32,000 bases of DNA. Source: Saccharolobus solfataricus. Lineage in GTDB: Archaea; Thermoproteota; Thermoprotei_A; Sulfolobales; Sulfolobaceae. A model generated the notes under the pieces. The model did not search any database, was not told where the DNA came from, and saw only the letters and a program-made list of their open reading frames with translations. Below are positions 1 to 10,939 of the stretch, piece after piece. The DNA lies in the NCBI RefSeq assembly GCF_900079115.1, contig NZ_LT549890.1, positions 150,001 through 182,000 of the forward strand, read 5' to 3'. The first letter of the stretch is position 1; each line of letters opens with the position of its first letter. A program made the translations under genes and the position numbers.

Positions 1-620
1 TTGACGAAATAGATTCAATAGCGCCAATAAGGGGAATTTCTTATGATTCCGGAGTAACAGAGAGAATAGTAAATCAGCTATTAGCGGAAATGGATGGAAT
101 AGAAAAATTAGAGAATGTGGTAGTTATAGCTGCAACTAATAGACCAGATATCTTAGATCCAGCATTGCTAAGACCCGGTAGGTTTGAGAAATTAATCTAT
201 GTACCCCCACCAGATAAGAGGGCAAGGACAGAAATATTAAAGGTGCATACTAGGAACATAGCGCTAGGTGAGGATATCAGCTTAGAGGACGTAGCTGAAA
301 AGACTGAAGGCTACACCGGAGCTGACTTAGCAGCGTTAGTAAGAGAAGCTACAATGAGAGCTATAAGAGAGAGCATGAAAATATGTATAGATAAGACTAA
401 CGAGAATTGTAAACCTACAGATGCTGAATGCAGAGATAAGACTATGAAAGAATGTATGAAGGTTAACGGGGTTAAGGTTTCCCTAAGACATTTCGAAGAG
501 GCTATGAGGAAAGTTAAACCATCAGTTACACAAGATATGTTGCAATTCTATCAAAATTGGGTGGAAAAAGCTAGGCAACAATTGCCAAAAACTACTGTTA
601 AACCAAGTACATATGCGTGA
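1..620 (+). CDS. cdc48: CDC48/VCP-type AAA+ ATPase, C-terminal part of the D2 domain (5' end outside the window)
   Basis: The frame is open from nt 3 ([11 protein letters not shown]...), so the ORF-track Met at 90 is internal. AAA+ motifs present: [30 protein letters not shown] and [14 protein letters not shown]. The protein ends ...STYA with a penultimate Tyr. Confidence 0.9.
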   Translation, partial: DEIDSIAPIRGISYDSGVTERIVNQLLAEMDGIEKLENVVVIAATNRPDILDPALLRPGRFEKLIYVPPPDKRARTEILKVHTRNIALGEDISLEDVAEKTEGYTGADLAALVREATMRAIRESMKICIDKTNENCKPTDAECRDKTMKECMKVNGVKVSLRHFEEAMRKVKPSVTQDMLQFYQNWVEKARQQLPKTTVKPSTYA

Positions 621-868
621 AACTAATGTGGAGAAGTGTACCATTATATAATATTGTTTTAGAAAAGATCTTAGATAAAATAAAGAAGAATAACAATAAT
701 ATAAGAGATGATGATCTTTTTAAAGAAGTAAGAAATTCGACAAACTATGAAGTATCTTATGATGATTTCTTAAGAGCCTTAATGGCATTGGAGATTAGAG
801 GTTATATATCGGTTTCACTAATTAAAGAAAATGTAAGAATGATAACTTATTTAGGTGATAAGGAATAG
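617..868 (+). CDS. Small hypothetical protein (83 aa), possibly winged-helix-like
   Basis: The GTG start overlaps the cdc48 stop (GTGA) and its TAG stop overlaps the apparent fen start. Coding-like composition with no recognised catalytic motif. The C-terminal [15 protein letters not shown] segment resembles a wHTH recognition helix and wing. Confidence 0.55.
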   Translation: MKLMWRSVPLYNIVLEKILDKIKKNNNNIRDDDLFKEVRNSTNYEVSYDDFLRALMALEIRGYISVSLIKENVRMITYLGDKE

Positions 869-1920
869 GAGTAGATTTAGCAGATTTAGTAAAAGATGTA
901 AAAAGAGAGCTTTCGTTTTCTGAACTTAAAGGAAAGAGGGTAAGTATCGATGGATATAATGCGTTATATCAGTTTTTAGCTGCAATAAGACAACCGGATG
1001 GAACTCCCTTAATGGATTCACAGGGGAGAGTAACTAGTCATCTAAGTGGATTATTTTATAGAACGATAAATATCCTAGAAGAAGGTGTCATACCAATCTA
1101 CGTCTTTGATGGTAAACCGCCAGAGCAAAAAAGTGAAGAGTTAGAAAGAAGGAGAAAGGCAAAAGAAGAAGCTGAGAGAAAGTTAGAAAGAGCCAAAAGC
1201 GAAGGGAAGATAGAGGAGCTAAGGAAATATTCACAAGCTATACTTAGATTATCAAATATCATGGTAGAAGAAAGTAAAAAATTGTTGAGAGCTATGGGAA
1301 TACCTATAGTTCAAGCACCTTCTGAAGGAGAGGCTGAGGCTGCATATCTGAATAAATTAGGATTAAGCTGGGCAGCAGCAAGTCAAGATTATGATGCGAT
1401 ACTTTTCGGAGCTAAAAGGCTAGTAAGAAATTTGACAATTACAGGGAAAAGAAAGCTTCCTAACAAGGACGTATATGTGGAGATAAAACCAGAATTAATA
1501 GAAACGGAAATCTTACTTAAAAAATTAGGAATAACAAGGGAACAACTAATTGATATAGGCATATTAATTGGAACAGACTATAATCCTGATGGAATAAGGG
1601 GCATAGGACCAGAAAGAGCACTAAAGATAATAAAAAAATACGGCAAGATAGAAAAAGCAATGGAATATGGTGAAATTTCAAAAAAGGATATTAATTTCAA
1701 TATCGATGAAATTAGAGGTTTATTTTTGAATCCACAAGTAGTTAAACCAGAGGAAGCTTTAGATTTGAATGAACCTAACGGAGAAGATATAATTAATATC
1801 TTAGTATATGAACATAACTTCAGTGAAGAAAGAGTGAAGAATGGAATTGAAAGATTAACTAAAGCAATAAAAGAAGCTAAAGGAGCGTCTAGACAAACAG
1901 GATTGGACAGATGGTTTTAA
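865..1920 (+). CDS. fen: Flap endonuclease 1 (FEN-1, XPG/Rad2 family)
   Basis: The ORF-track Met at 1012 is internal. The same frame is open from 862 and encodes the conserved FEN-1 N-terminus (I)[11 protein letters not shown]...VSIDGYNALYQFLAAIRQPDGTPLMDSQGRVTSHLSG. H3TH region GTDYNPDGIRGIGPERA and C-terminal PIP-like QTGLDRWF are present. The start codon is non-canonical (ATA at 865), so its exact position is uncertain. Confidence 0.9.
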   Translation: MGVDLADLVKDVKRELSFSELKGKRVSIDGYNALYQFLAAIRQPDGTPLMDSQGRVTSHLSGLFYRTINILEEGVIPIYVFDGKPPEQKSEELERRRKAKEEAERKLERAKSEGKIEELRKYSQAILRLSNIMVEESKKLLRAMGIPIVQAPSEGEAEAAYLNKLGLSWAAASQDYDAILFGAKRLVRNLTITGKRKLPNKDVYVEIKPELIETEILLKKLGITREQLIDIGILIGTDYNPDGIRGIGPERALKIIKKYGKIEKAMEYGEISKKDINFNIDEIRGLFLNPQVVKPEEALDLNEPNGEDIINILVYEHNFSEERVKNGIERLTKAIKEAKGASRQTGLDRWF

Positions 1921-1924
1921 TACT

Positions 1925-1945
1925 TTAAAGTTAAACTTAAAGTTA
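1925..1945 (+). promoter_or_regulatory. Tandem TTAAAGTTA direct repeat; likely TATA/BRE region of the tetrapyrrole operon
   Basis: TTAAAGTTA occurs at 1925-1933 and 1937-1945. The second copy is centred about 26 nt upstream of the GTG start at 1967, which fits a leaderless Sulfolobus-type promoter. Confidence 0.35.
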
Positions 1946-1966
1946 TCCATTAATATCTACTACCTT

Positions 1967-2614
1967 GTGATTACAAAGGATTATTATCCAATTTTTATAG
2001 ACCTTTCTAATTTTCGTATACTTATAATCGGAGGAGGCAAAGTAGGTACAAAAAGAGCGTTAGCTTTTAAGAGATATGGAGCTGACGTATCTGTCTTAAG
2101 TTTGGATTTCTCCCAAGATCTTCTTAATTCAGACATAAGATTGATTAGGGATGACGCGAATAAAATCGATAGTAATCTAATAGAAAAATATGATATAATT
2201 TTGACTTGCACGAATAATTCTGAACTTAACGAGAAACTCTGTAATATAGCCAAAAACCTAAGAAAACTTTGTAATAATCCTACTAATCCAGAAAACTCTA
2301 ACTTTATAGTACCAATATTCTATTCTGATAACGACTTAGAAATAGCTATAACTACTAGAGGAAAATCTAGTATCTTAGCTAAAGAAATCCTAACCAAAAC
2401 AATTAGTATAGCTAACAGCTCAGAAATAAGAAATTTATTAGGTATAATGTATGATGTAAAGATTCTATTAAAGAAAAAAGTAGCTGATCCATCTGTTAGA
2501 TATTCATTATATCATAAAATATATAATGATGAAAAATTCAAATATTATGCTACTAATGGTTTAATAAATAAAGCATTAAATAGAGCGGAGGAGATAATTA
2601 ATGAGCAAGGATGA
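1967..2614 (+). CDS. sirC: Precorrin-2 dehydrogenase / sirohydrochlorin ferrochelatase-like (CysG N-terminal/SirC/Met8 family)
   Basis: GTG start. Rossmann motif [14 protein letters not shown]. Size (215 aa) and position at the head of the hem cluster fit the family. Confidence 0.75.
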   Translation: MITKDYYPIFIDLSNFRILIIGGGKVGTKRALAFKRYGADVSVLSLDFSQDLLNSDIRLIRDDANKIDSNLIEKYDIILTCTNNSELNEKLCNIAKNLRKLCNNPTNPENSNFIVPIFYSDNDLEIAITTRGKSSILAKEILTKTISIANSSEIRNLLGIMYDVKILLKKKVADPSVRYSLYHKIYNDEKFKYYATNGLINKALNRAEEIINEQG

Positions 2615-3881
2615 AGAGTTACTACAAAATTATTGTTCGATTTTATTTACATACAAAACTATAGGAATAAGTAACCTTCACTTATATTACTTTAGGGAAA
2701 CGGAAATAAAATCGTTAAAACAATTAATCAATGCTGAATTTGCTATTCTACAAACTTGTAATAGAGTTGAAATATATCTATATTCAGATACTAATACATT
2801 AAAGGAGGTTAATAAAATAATCCAATATTTGAATAACATACATAATGAACCTATCGGAAATCAAGCTAGGGTACTCTGTGGTAAAGATGCTGCAAAACAC
2901 TTATTTTTGGTAGCTAGTGGAGCTGATTCACTATCTATTGGAGAATACGAAATCTTATCTCAAATAAGATCTACTATTGATATGTTTAAAAAATTAGGCT
3001 TCAGCGGAAAATATTTACAAATATTTTTCGAAAGAGCAATTAAAGTAGGCAGAAAAGTTAGAGAAGAGACTAGTATTTCTAAGGGGAAAGTTGGTATATA
3101 TTCTCTTGCTATTGATGAGGCTAAAAAACGATTCAATGATTTTTATGATAGAAGAATATTAGTAATAGGAGCTGGCGAAATGGCGCAGAAAATAACTAGT
3201 ATGCTCCACAATGAAGGAGCCAAAGATGTTACAATAATGAATAGAACAATAGAAAAGGCAAAACAACTTGCACTAAAGTTCGGCTATAACTACGAAAAAT
3301 TAGATTTAGACAAGTTAGGTAACTTCGATGTCGCTTTTATATCAATTTATCATGAGAATCTTAGACTTGAGAACAAATGGAATACATTAATTGTTGATAT
3401 AACTGTCCCGCCCCTATTTACTGGGAATAACGTAATTACACTAGAAGAATTAGAAAGAATATCAAACCTCAACTTCAAAGCTAGAGAAGAGGAATTAGCT
3501 AAAATTAATAAATTGGTAGAGGATGGAATAAATGAATTACTATATGATTACAAAAAAGAAATCTATACGGAATTCATGTCAAAAATAATGAAAAGGATAG
3601 AAACTATAAGAGAAAACGAGATTCTAAGAGCGTATAAAGAACTTGAGAAACTTGGAATAAACGACCAACAAGCGAAGGAAATACTAGATTTGATGACTAG
3701 ATCAATCATTAAAAAGTCATTCCAACCCCTTTTCGATAATATAAGATCACTAATATTTAACGGAGAAAATTCGATAAACTACATTAACTTTCTAATTGAT
3801 ATTTTTAAAGATGGTAACATTTCCGGTTTTGAGACCGAGAAGATTAAGGAAAAGCAAGTTAGTGAGAGATCTAGTATCTGA
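2601..3881 (+). CDS. hemA: Glutamyl-tRNA reductase
   Basis: Catalytic-Cys motif QTCNRVEIY and NADPH-binding motif [10 protein letters not shown]. Overlaps sirC by 14 nt. Confidence 0.9.
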   Translation: MSKDEELLQNYCSILFTYKTIGISNLHLYYFRETEIKSLKQLINAEFAILQTCNRVEIYLYSDTNTLKEVNKIIQYLNNIHNEPIGNQARVLCGKDAAKHLFLVASGADSLSIGEYEILSQIRSTIDMFKKLGFSGKYLQIFFERAIKVGRKVREETSISKGKVGIYSLAIDEAKKRFNDFYDRRILVIGAGEMAQKITSMLHNEGAKDVTIMNRTIEKAKQLALKFGYNYEKLDLDKLGNFDVAFISIYHENLRLENKWNTLIVDITVPPLFTGNNVITLEELERISNLNFKAREEELAKINKLVEDGINELLYDYKKEIYTEFMSKIMKRIETIRENEILRAYKELEKLGINDQQAKEILDLMTRSIIKKSFQPLFDNIRSLIFNGENSINYINFLIDIFKDGNISGFETEKIKEKQVSERSSI

Positions 3882-4821
3882 AACATCTATTTCACAAAAC
3901 GATTTAGTACTTCCAGTATTTATAAAGGAAAACATAAATGAGCCAGAGCAAATTGCTTCGATGCCAGGTATATATAGATATCCGCCAAATGATAAGTTAA
4001 TCAACTATCTACAAGATAGTTACGAAAACGGAATTCGAAGTGTAATATTGTTTGGAATTCCTTCTTATAAAGACGATATAGCATCTTCAGCCTATGATAA
4101 AAATGGTATAATACAGAGAGCGGTTAGAATAATAAAGGATAGTTTTAAGGATAAGATTATAGTAATCACAGATGAGTGTACTGATGAGTATATGGCTAAT
4201 GGTCATTGTGGTCTTGTTAAATATACTAACGGGTGTTATGTGGTAGATAATGATGAAAGTCTAAAGATTCATGCTAAGATTGCATTAAGTCAAGCTGAAG
4301 CTGGTGCAGACGTTATAGCTCCATCCAGCATGATGGATGGAGTAGTTAGGGCTATAAGAGATGCGCTAGATAGTGCCGGCTACATTGATACATTAATATT
4401 GTCATATAGTGTAAAGTACGCTTCAGTAATGTATGGTCCCTTTAGGGATGCAGCGTACTCTAAACCCGCATTTGGAGATAGAAGGGGATATCAGATGGAC
4501 CCTAGAAATGCATTTGAGGCAATAAAAGAAGCGAGACTAGATATAGAGGAAGGTGCTGATATTTTGATGGTTAAACCTGCCCATACATATTTAGATGTAA
4601 TAAGATTAGTGAAAGACCACTTTCCAGAATATCCGCTAGCTGCATATCATGTTAGTGGTGAATATAGTATGATAAAGGCAGCTGCAATTAATGGATGGAT
4701 AGACGAAAAGACTGCAGTCTTAGAAATTACTACTGCAATAAAAAGGGCAGGGGCTGATTTAATCATTACTTATTATGCTAACGATATTGCTAGATGGATA
4801 AAGGACGGTGTACCATTTTGA
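3811..4821 (+). CDS. hemB: Porphobilinogen synthase (delta-aminolevulinate dehydratase)
   Basis: The ATG at 3811 gives the typical N-terminus [14 protein letters not shown]; the ORF-track TTG at 3796 is less likely. Schiff-base lysine contexts SVKYAS and LMVKPA are present, as is the metal-site region [14 protein letters not shown]. Confidence 0.9.
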
Positions 4822-6074
4822 ATAGCGAGGAACTATGGGCTCAAGCTAAGCAATTATTTGCTGGAGGAGTAAATAGTCCAGTTAGAGCAGCAGTAAAGCC
4901 ATTCCCCTTTTATGTAGAAAGGGGAAAAGGAGCTTATATTTACACGGTCGATGGTAAAAAGTTCATTGATTATGTATTAGGTTATGGGCCTCTAATTTTA
5001 GGTCACTCCCCAGAATCCGTAAAGAGAAGAATAGTTGAGCAATTAGAAAGAGGTTGGCTTTTCGGAACTCCTAGTGAATTAGAAATAGAATTAGCTAGAA
5101 AAATAAGGTCACATATACCATCAGCGCAGAAAATAAGATTTGTAAATAGTGGAACTGAGGCTACAATGGCAGCTATAAGATTAGCTAGAGGCTATACAAA
5201 AAGAAGCAAAATATTGAAGTTTAGCGGAAATTACCATGGAGCTCACGATTACGCACTTGTGGAAGCAGGAAGCGCTGCTACAGAATATAACGTTGCAACT
5301 TCTGATGGTGTACCAATGGAAATAATGAAGACCGTAGAAATATGCGAATTTAACGATCTTGATTGCGTAGATAAAAAATTGAGAAACGAGGATATAGCTA
5401 CAGTAATCTTAGAACCCGTTATGGGCAATGCTGGGGTAATCTTACCTGAAAAGGACTTTTTATTTGGATTAAGAGAACTCACAAAAACCTACAACTCTCT
5501 ATTGATCTTCGATGAAGTTATAACTGGTTTTAGAATCAGCATAGGTGGGGCACAATCTTACTATCAAATTTATCCAGACATAACAACACTAGGTAAAATA
5601 ATAGGTGGTGGTTTCCCTATCGGTGCAGTAGCAGGAAAAGCAGAGATTATTGATAACTTTACTCCAGCTGGTAAAGTATTTAATGCTGGCACATTTAACG
5701 CTAACCCAATATCTATGATTGCTGGAATTGCTACAATAGAAGAACTTGAAAAAGAATACCCATATATTATCGCAAACCAAGCCGCCAAGACCCTAGTGGA
5801 GGAATTAGAAAGGTTGCTAAAAACAAAACATACAATAAACCATGTTGGGAGTATGTTTCAGATATTCTTCGGAATAGATGAGGTTAGAAATTACTCAGAT
5901 GCTAAAAGAGCTGATAAAGAGTACTACATAAAGTTTCATGAAAGACTGTTAAAGGAGGGAGTTTTCATTCCGCCAAGTCAATATGAGACAATTTTTACTT
6001 CAGCTGCCCATAAAGATGATGTAATTGCTGACACTATAGATAAGCTTATGAAAGTAATAGGCGAACTAAATTGA
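4794..6074 (+). CDS. hemL: Glutamate-1-semialdehyde 2,1-aminomutase
   Basis: GGVNSPVRA, the class-III aminotransferase core and the PLP-Lys context [12 protein letters not shown]. An alternative TTG start at 4818 overlaps the hemB stop (TTGA). Confidence 0.9.
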
Positions 6075-6952
6075 AAATACTAATAGCTGCAAGAGGAAGT
6101 AAACTAAGTAGAGTACAAGTAGATATGGTAGGTGAAAAATTAAGAAAAATTGGAATAGAATATGATGTAATAGATATAAAAACAAAAGCTGACTTGTTTT
6201 CTACTGAACCATTAAGTAAATTAGGTAAAGGAGTTTTTGAAAAAGAAGTCAATGAGGCTGTATTGGAGGGAAAAGCCGATGTTGCAGTTCACAGCATGAA
6301 AGATATCTTATCAGAAATAAATCCTGAACTAGAAATATTTGCAGTAATAGAAAGAGATCCTCCATATGATATATTAATTGCAGAGAAAAATTTACATAAA
6401 TTGGACCCAAATACTACAATAGGTACAAGTAGTATAAGGAGGAAAAACTTTATTAAATACATCAGACCAGAAATAAATACTAAAGATATTAGAGGTAATG
6501 TGGACACTAGAATAAGAAAATATTTGTCTAAAGAGTATGATGGTTTAATATTAGCTGAGGCCTCAATAAAAAGGCTCAATATTAGTATAAGTTATCACAG
6601 GCTTAATGTCTACGATTTCACTCCAGAAGCTAATCAAGGTATTATAGTAGTCTTAGGAAGAAAAAAAGATGAAAAGGTAAAAGAGGTATTTAAAGAAATT
6701 ACTCATAAAGATACATTAGATGAGGCATTAGCTGAAAGAGCTACAATTAGTGTAGTAGGAGGAGGTTGTCATTCTCCTATTGGTGTGTTATTCAGAAAAG
6801 AAGGAAAAGAGTTCTATGGGATTGCAAGTTATAGTGATGGGAAGAAAAAAATTACCGTTTCCATTAGCAAGGCGGGGGATCCGTATACTATAGGATCTGA
6901 ATTGGGCTTGCTACTAAAAAAGGAGATGAAGAATGAGGGTATTATTCCTTAG
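6071..6952 (+). CDS. hemC: Hydroxymethylbilane synthase (porphobilinogen deaminase)
   Basis: The TTG start overlaps the hemL stop (TTGA). Motifs: [17 protein letters not shown] and the cofactor-Cys motif GGGCHSPIG. Confidence 0.9.
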
Positions 6953-7646
6953 GCCCGATAATGAAGATAATGAACTCAATGAAAAGCTTATGATACTTCG
7001 GAAAAACGGAATTGAAGTTCTAAACATTCCCATCTTTAAAATAAAATGCGTCTCATATTCGTTACCGACCTATGATTATGAGGCACTAGCATTTACAAGC
7101 AGAAATTCAGTCATTTGTTTCAAAGATCGCACCTTAATTAAAAACGTTCATAAGATATACGCTATCGGAGAAGAAACTGCTGAGTTATTAATGAAAATGT
7201 ATAATGTAAATCCGATAACTCCAGAGAGATTTACGAGTATAGAACTAGCTAAAAGAATTTTGGAAGATAAGGTAAATAGTATACTTAGCATAAGGAGTAG
7301 AAAAGCTTCTGAAGATATGAGAAATATTCTTAATGGCAAAATTAAATATGATGAGATTTACGTATATGATTCAGAAATAATCAGAGATAATATAAACGAA
7401 ATATCCAAAATTCTAACCGAATGTGAAGTTGACGCCATAGCATTTACTAGTTCGTTGATGGCTAAGCTAATTGGTCCTTTTATTAGGGGTAAGTGTAATA
7501 TAATAATCTTTAGCATAGGTCCAATGACGACAGAAACTTTGAAACGAGTTAATAATAAGGTAAAAATAATAGAAAGCAAGACACATTCTATTAAAGGCAT
7601 TATAGAAACTATTTTAGTGGAGATGAAACGAAATGGACGAGATTAA
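6933..7646 (+). CDS. hemD: Uroporphyrinogen-III synthase
   Basis: HemD-like pattern (LRP...IPIFKI...[12 protein letters not shown]; second half AIAFTSS...IGPMT). Position after hemC, with a 20-nt overlap. Confidence 0.8.
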
Positions 7647-7890
7647 AGATTTAACGCTTAAAGTTCTTAAAAAGATTGATAATACAGTAATTGATAGTAG
7701 TCTTCAGATTAAGTACTATCAAGGCTTTAAAGATAGATTTGATGTATTCGGCGAGTACGAAAATCAAATAGGTATTTTTGAATTCGCAATAAGTTTTGAT
7801 AAAAAGGGTAATTTAAAAAGATCTCATATTAATATGATCTCTCCAAAAAATATAAGAAACGACTTAGAAAAGAAAATATACAAAGAATAG
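7633..7890 (+). CDS. Hypothetical protein (85 aa)
   Basis: Overlaps hemD by 14 nt, and its stop abuts the next gene's GTG. No recognisable motif. Confidence 0.5.
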   Translation: MDEIKDLTLKVLKKIDNTVIDSSLQIKYYQGFKDRFDVFGEYENQIGIFEFAISFDKKGNLKRSHINMISPKNIRNDLEKKIYKE

Positions 7891-9528
7891 GTGCGTGATT
7901 TGAAGACATTGCTAATAGTCATTGATGGTGTTAGTTATTCTGTTTTTAATCAATTTAGATATAATTTAGATACTATGAATAATCTTATTGAAAATGGAAG
8001 CTTTGGTAAACTAGAAAGCGTTTTCCCAACAATAACACCAGTAGCTTTAGCGTCTTTATTTACGGGATACTTGCCATTAAATCATGGGATAACTTCCACA
8101 AAGATCTTCATAAAAGGTAATAGCCTAAGTAAACCCCTATCAGCACATAGTAGCACACCATTAAAGGTTGACCCGATATGGTACCTTTTAGCGAAGAAAG
8201 GATATAAAGTAGTAGTAGCCTCAGCACCTCAAGCCCTACCAGATAAATGGAAACTAAAAAATCTTACATTATTTGATCCATATAAATCCAAAATTAAAGA
8301 GTGTAGCGATGGGGCTTTGCTCAATATCGGAAACACAACAATAAACGAAGTTAATTTTGATATAGAGAGCAATAATAACGAGTATACTATAAAAATAACT
8401 GATATCGAGAATAATACCTTGTCATTAAAGTTAAGGCAAAATGAATGGACCTCTCCACTTGAGGTAATAATGGGATGTAAAGGAAAAGAAATGAAGGGAA
8501 CATTTAGATTAAAGGGATTGAGTAATGGGGTTTATCTCACACCAGTATCGTTCCTAATCCCCAGTTGGTCAAATAATCAAGAGTTACAAAATGAAATATG
8601 GGAGAACGTTGTTAAGAAATACGGAATGCTTTTGGATGGTGATTATATTTCTCTAAAGTCCAATATAATCGGTTTCAGCGAATATTATGAAACTCTAAAA
8701 TTTGCATATGAATTTTTCTATAACTATTCACTATACTTGCTTAAACGAGAAGAATGGGATTTTGCAATAACATACTTACCCATAGTAGATAATATACAAC
8801 ACCTTCTTTTTGGGGTAGACGATTCACAGTCATTAGATTACGTGTTTCAAGTATATAAGATGGCAGATAACTTCGTGAAAGCGCACATAGAATTAGCTGA
8901 TAATATAATTATTTGTTCAGATCATGGAATAAATAAGGTAAAAAAGAGGCTTTATCTTAATAAATTTTTAGAGGAACTGAATGTGCTAAAAACGGTTGAC
9001 GATAAGAAAATAGATTGGAAGAGAACTAAGGCGTACTACGGTGGTGGAGGAATTATTAGAATAAATCTAAGAGAAAGGGAGAAATTCGGAATAGTAGGTA
9101 AAAAAGAGTTTAATAAATTAATTAAATATTTAACTATTAATCTAGAAAGATTAGAGGATCCAGATACCGGAGAAAGAATATTTACCGTGATTTATTCTAA
9201 TGAGACTCCAGCAAGTGATAGACAAGGCGATATAATGATCGATGGTGTTAACCCAAAATACTCTATATCAAGTAATATAGAAAAAGACACGATATTTGAA
9301 AATGTCATTCCTTATCGTACGACTACGGCAGATCATGGATATTATAGAAATGATGACATTAATGGAATTATAATATTCTATGGGAAGAATTTCACTAAGA
9401 AACAAGTAAACATGAAGATAGTTGACGTAACTCCCACGATATTGAAACTTTATGGAATAAATTGTAAATCTGATGGAAAAATTGTAAATGAGGTCTTCAA
9501 AAATGGACATGCCGATAGTACTAAGTAA
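7891..9528 (+). CDS. Alkaline-phosphatase-superfamily protein (type I phosphodiesterase / nucleotide pyrophosphatase-like)
   Basis: Metal and nucleophile motifs in family order: LIVIDGVSY, FPTITPVALASLFTG (Thr nucleophile context), ICSDHGI and TADHGY. Confidence 0.75.
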   Translation: MRDLKTLLIVIDGVSYSVFNQFRYNLDTMNNLIENGSFGKLESVFPTITPVALASLFTGYLPLNHGITSTKIFIKGNSLSKPLSAHSSTPLKVDPIWYLLAKKGYKVVVASAPQALPDKWKLKNLTLFDPYKSKIKECSDGALLNIGNTTINEVNFDIESNNNEYTIKITDIENNTLSLKLRQNEWTSPLEVIMGCKGKEMKGTFRLKGLSNGVYLTPVSFLIPSWSNNQELQNEIWENVVKKYGMLLDGDYISLKSNIIGFSEYYETLKFAYEFFYNYSLYLLKREEWDFAITYLPIVDNIQHLLFGVDDSQSLDYVFQVYKMADNFVKAHIELADNIIICSDHGINKVKKRLYLNKFLEELNVLKTVDDKKIDWKRTKAYYGGGGIIRINLREREKFGIVGKKEFNKLIKYLTINLERLEDPDTGERIFTVIYSNETPASDRQGDIMIDGVNPKYSISSNIEKDTIFENVIPYRTTTADHGYYRNDDINGIIIFYGKNFTKKQVNMKIVDVTPTILKLYGINCKSDGKIVNEVFKNGHADSTK

Positions 9529-10939
9529 AAGGCATAGAAGGCTTAGAAGTATGAAAGATTGTGAGCCAGGTTTACCATATAATGAGATCGTGGAGAACGG
9601 GAAAAGAATAGACTTATGCTATAGCAAACAGTATAAAAAATATACGAAGAAAATTGAGATACGAGTTGGCACCAGTATCCTCCATAATAAATTACTGCGA
9701 ATATTTCCTAATATAGTAAAAATCTATTCTAAGCACTTCATTAATTTACCAGATTTAATAACAGAGAATACTGAGAAAAGGGAATTAATATTCATTGAAT
9801 TAGAGAATTTGATTATAGGAGGAGGAACTTCTGGACTAGGAGTCCTATCAGAAATAAGTAAGGAGGAGAAAACGCTCCTAATATCATCTAATATCGAATC
9901 CAATACTGATATACCTTACCCATTACCGCAAATTAACAAAGATGAGTTCTCTAAGTTATTAAGGGATACTATTAATGAAAATAAAGATAGGATTTTAGAG
10001 GGAATTTTATTAGGCAAATTTGATGAAGGAATAGGATTTCTTACAAAGGATAAGATATTAATGGTGAGAGCTAAAAGAGTCTTTTTAGCAACAGGCGGAA
10101 GATACATTCCACCAATATTTGATGGAAACGATATACCCGGTATAATATCAAAGAATCTTTACCTAAGATATGGAAATCGCATTACAAAGGCGATTGCTTT
10201 AGGAAATAGTGACGATATAATAAAAGTATTGTTTAAAGTTGAAAAGAGGGTTATAATCAATAATGGCGTATTATTTTTGTCAAAATATTATAAGGAATTA
10301 ATAGACGAGCTAGGTGTAGAAATAATAAATACTAACAACTTGAAAGTGAAAAGAGAAAAAGGTGGAATGCTAAAGATAATCACTAATGAAAGATCTTTCG
10401 ATTCTAATATTTTAGTTTATGCAATAGTTAAACAACCGAAAATAGACCATTCATATAATATTGGGATACCATATAATTTTAGTGAATATTTCCACATCTA
10501 TATGCCGATACATTCTATAGAGGGAAAGACTAATGATAACATCTACATAGTTGGAGGAATGCGTGGAATCTCAGATGAATACACTTCATTCTTAAGCGGA
10601 AAAACAGCTGTTAATGAGAAATATCTAGATGAATTCATAAATAATTTGAAAGATTATACGTATATTTATGATTATTATTATCAAAAAAATCCTAAGGAAA
10701 ATCCCTCTCCGTATATTTATGGGAATAAGGGATACGTATGTGAATGTGAAGATATTACCCTAAGCGAAGTAAATAGACAAGTAGGCAGAGGATTTAGTAA
10801 AGTAGAAGAAATTAAAAGAACTATAGGTTTAGGTACAGGAGAGTGTCAAGGAAAATTATGTACGTATTCTCTAGGAAGTTTTCTAGGTGATAGGCAACTT
10901 ATAACGTTTAGAACTCCTCTTTATAGAATGGTGATTTAA
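9488..10939 (+). CDS. FAD/NAD-dependent oxidoreductase, sarcosine-oxidase-alpha/OoxA/HcnB-like, with a C-terminal BFD-type [2Fe-2S] domain
   Basis: Dinucleotide motif LIIGGGTSGLG. C-terminal CECEDITLSEV...GLGTGECQGKLC. Start uncertain: ATGs at 9488, 9503, 9509 and 9551. Confidence 0.7.
   Translation: MRSSKMDMPIVLSKRHRRLRSMKDCEPGLPYNEIVENGKRIDLCYSKQYKKYTKKIEIRVGTSILHNKLLRIFPNIVKIYSKHFINLPDLITENTEKRELIFIELENLIIGGGTSGLGVLSEISKEEKTLLISSNIESNTDIPYPLPQINKDEFSKLLRDTINENKDRILEGILLGKFDEGIGFLTKDKILMVRAKRVFLATGGRYIPPIFDGNDIPGIISKNLYLRYGNRITKAIALGNSDDIIKVLFKVEKRVIINNGVLFLSKYYKELIDELGVEIINTNNLKVKREKGGMLKIITNERSFDSNILVYAIVKQPKIDHSYNIGIPYNFSEYFHIYMPIHSIEGKTNDNIYIVGGMRGISDEYTSFLSGKTAVNEKYLDEFINNLKDYTYIYDYYYQKNPKENPSPYIYGNKGYVCECEDITLSEVNRQVGRGFSKVEEIKRTIGLGTGECQGKLCTYSLGSFLGDRQLITFRTPLYRMVI

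Noticed and set aside
680-720. Asn/Asp-rich run ([11 protein letters not shown]) in the 83-aa ORF, considered as a slippery or repeat-expansion site.
   Set aside because: It is short, mixes AAT and AAC codons rather than forming a homopolymer, and fits AT-rich codon bias. There is no alternative frame continuing past it.
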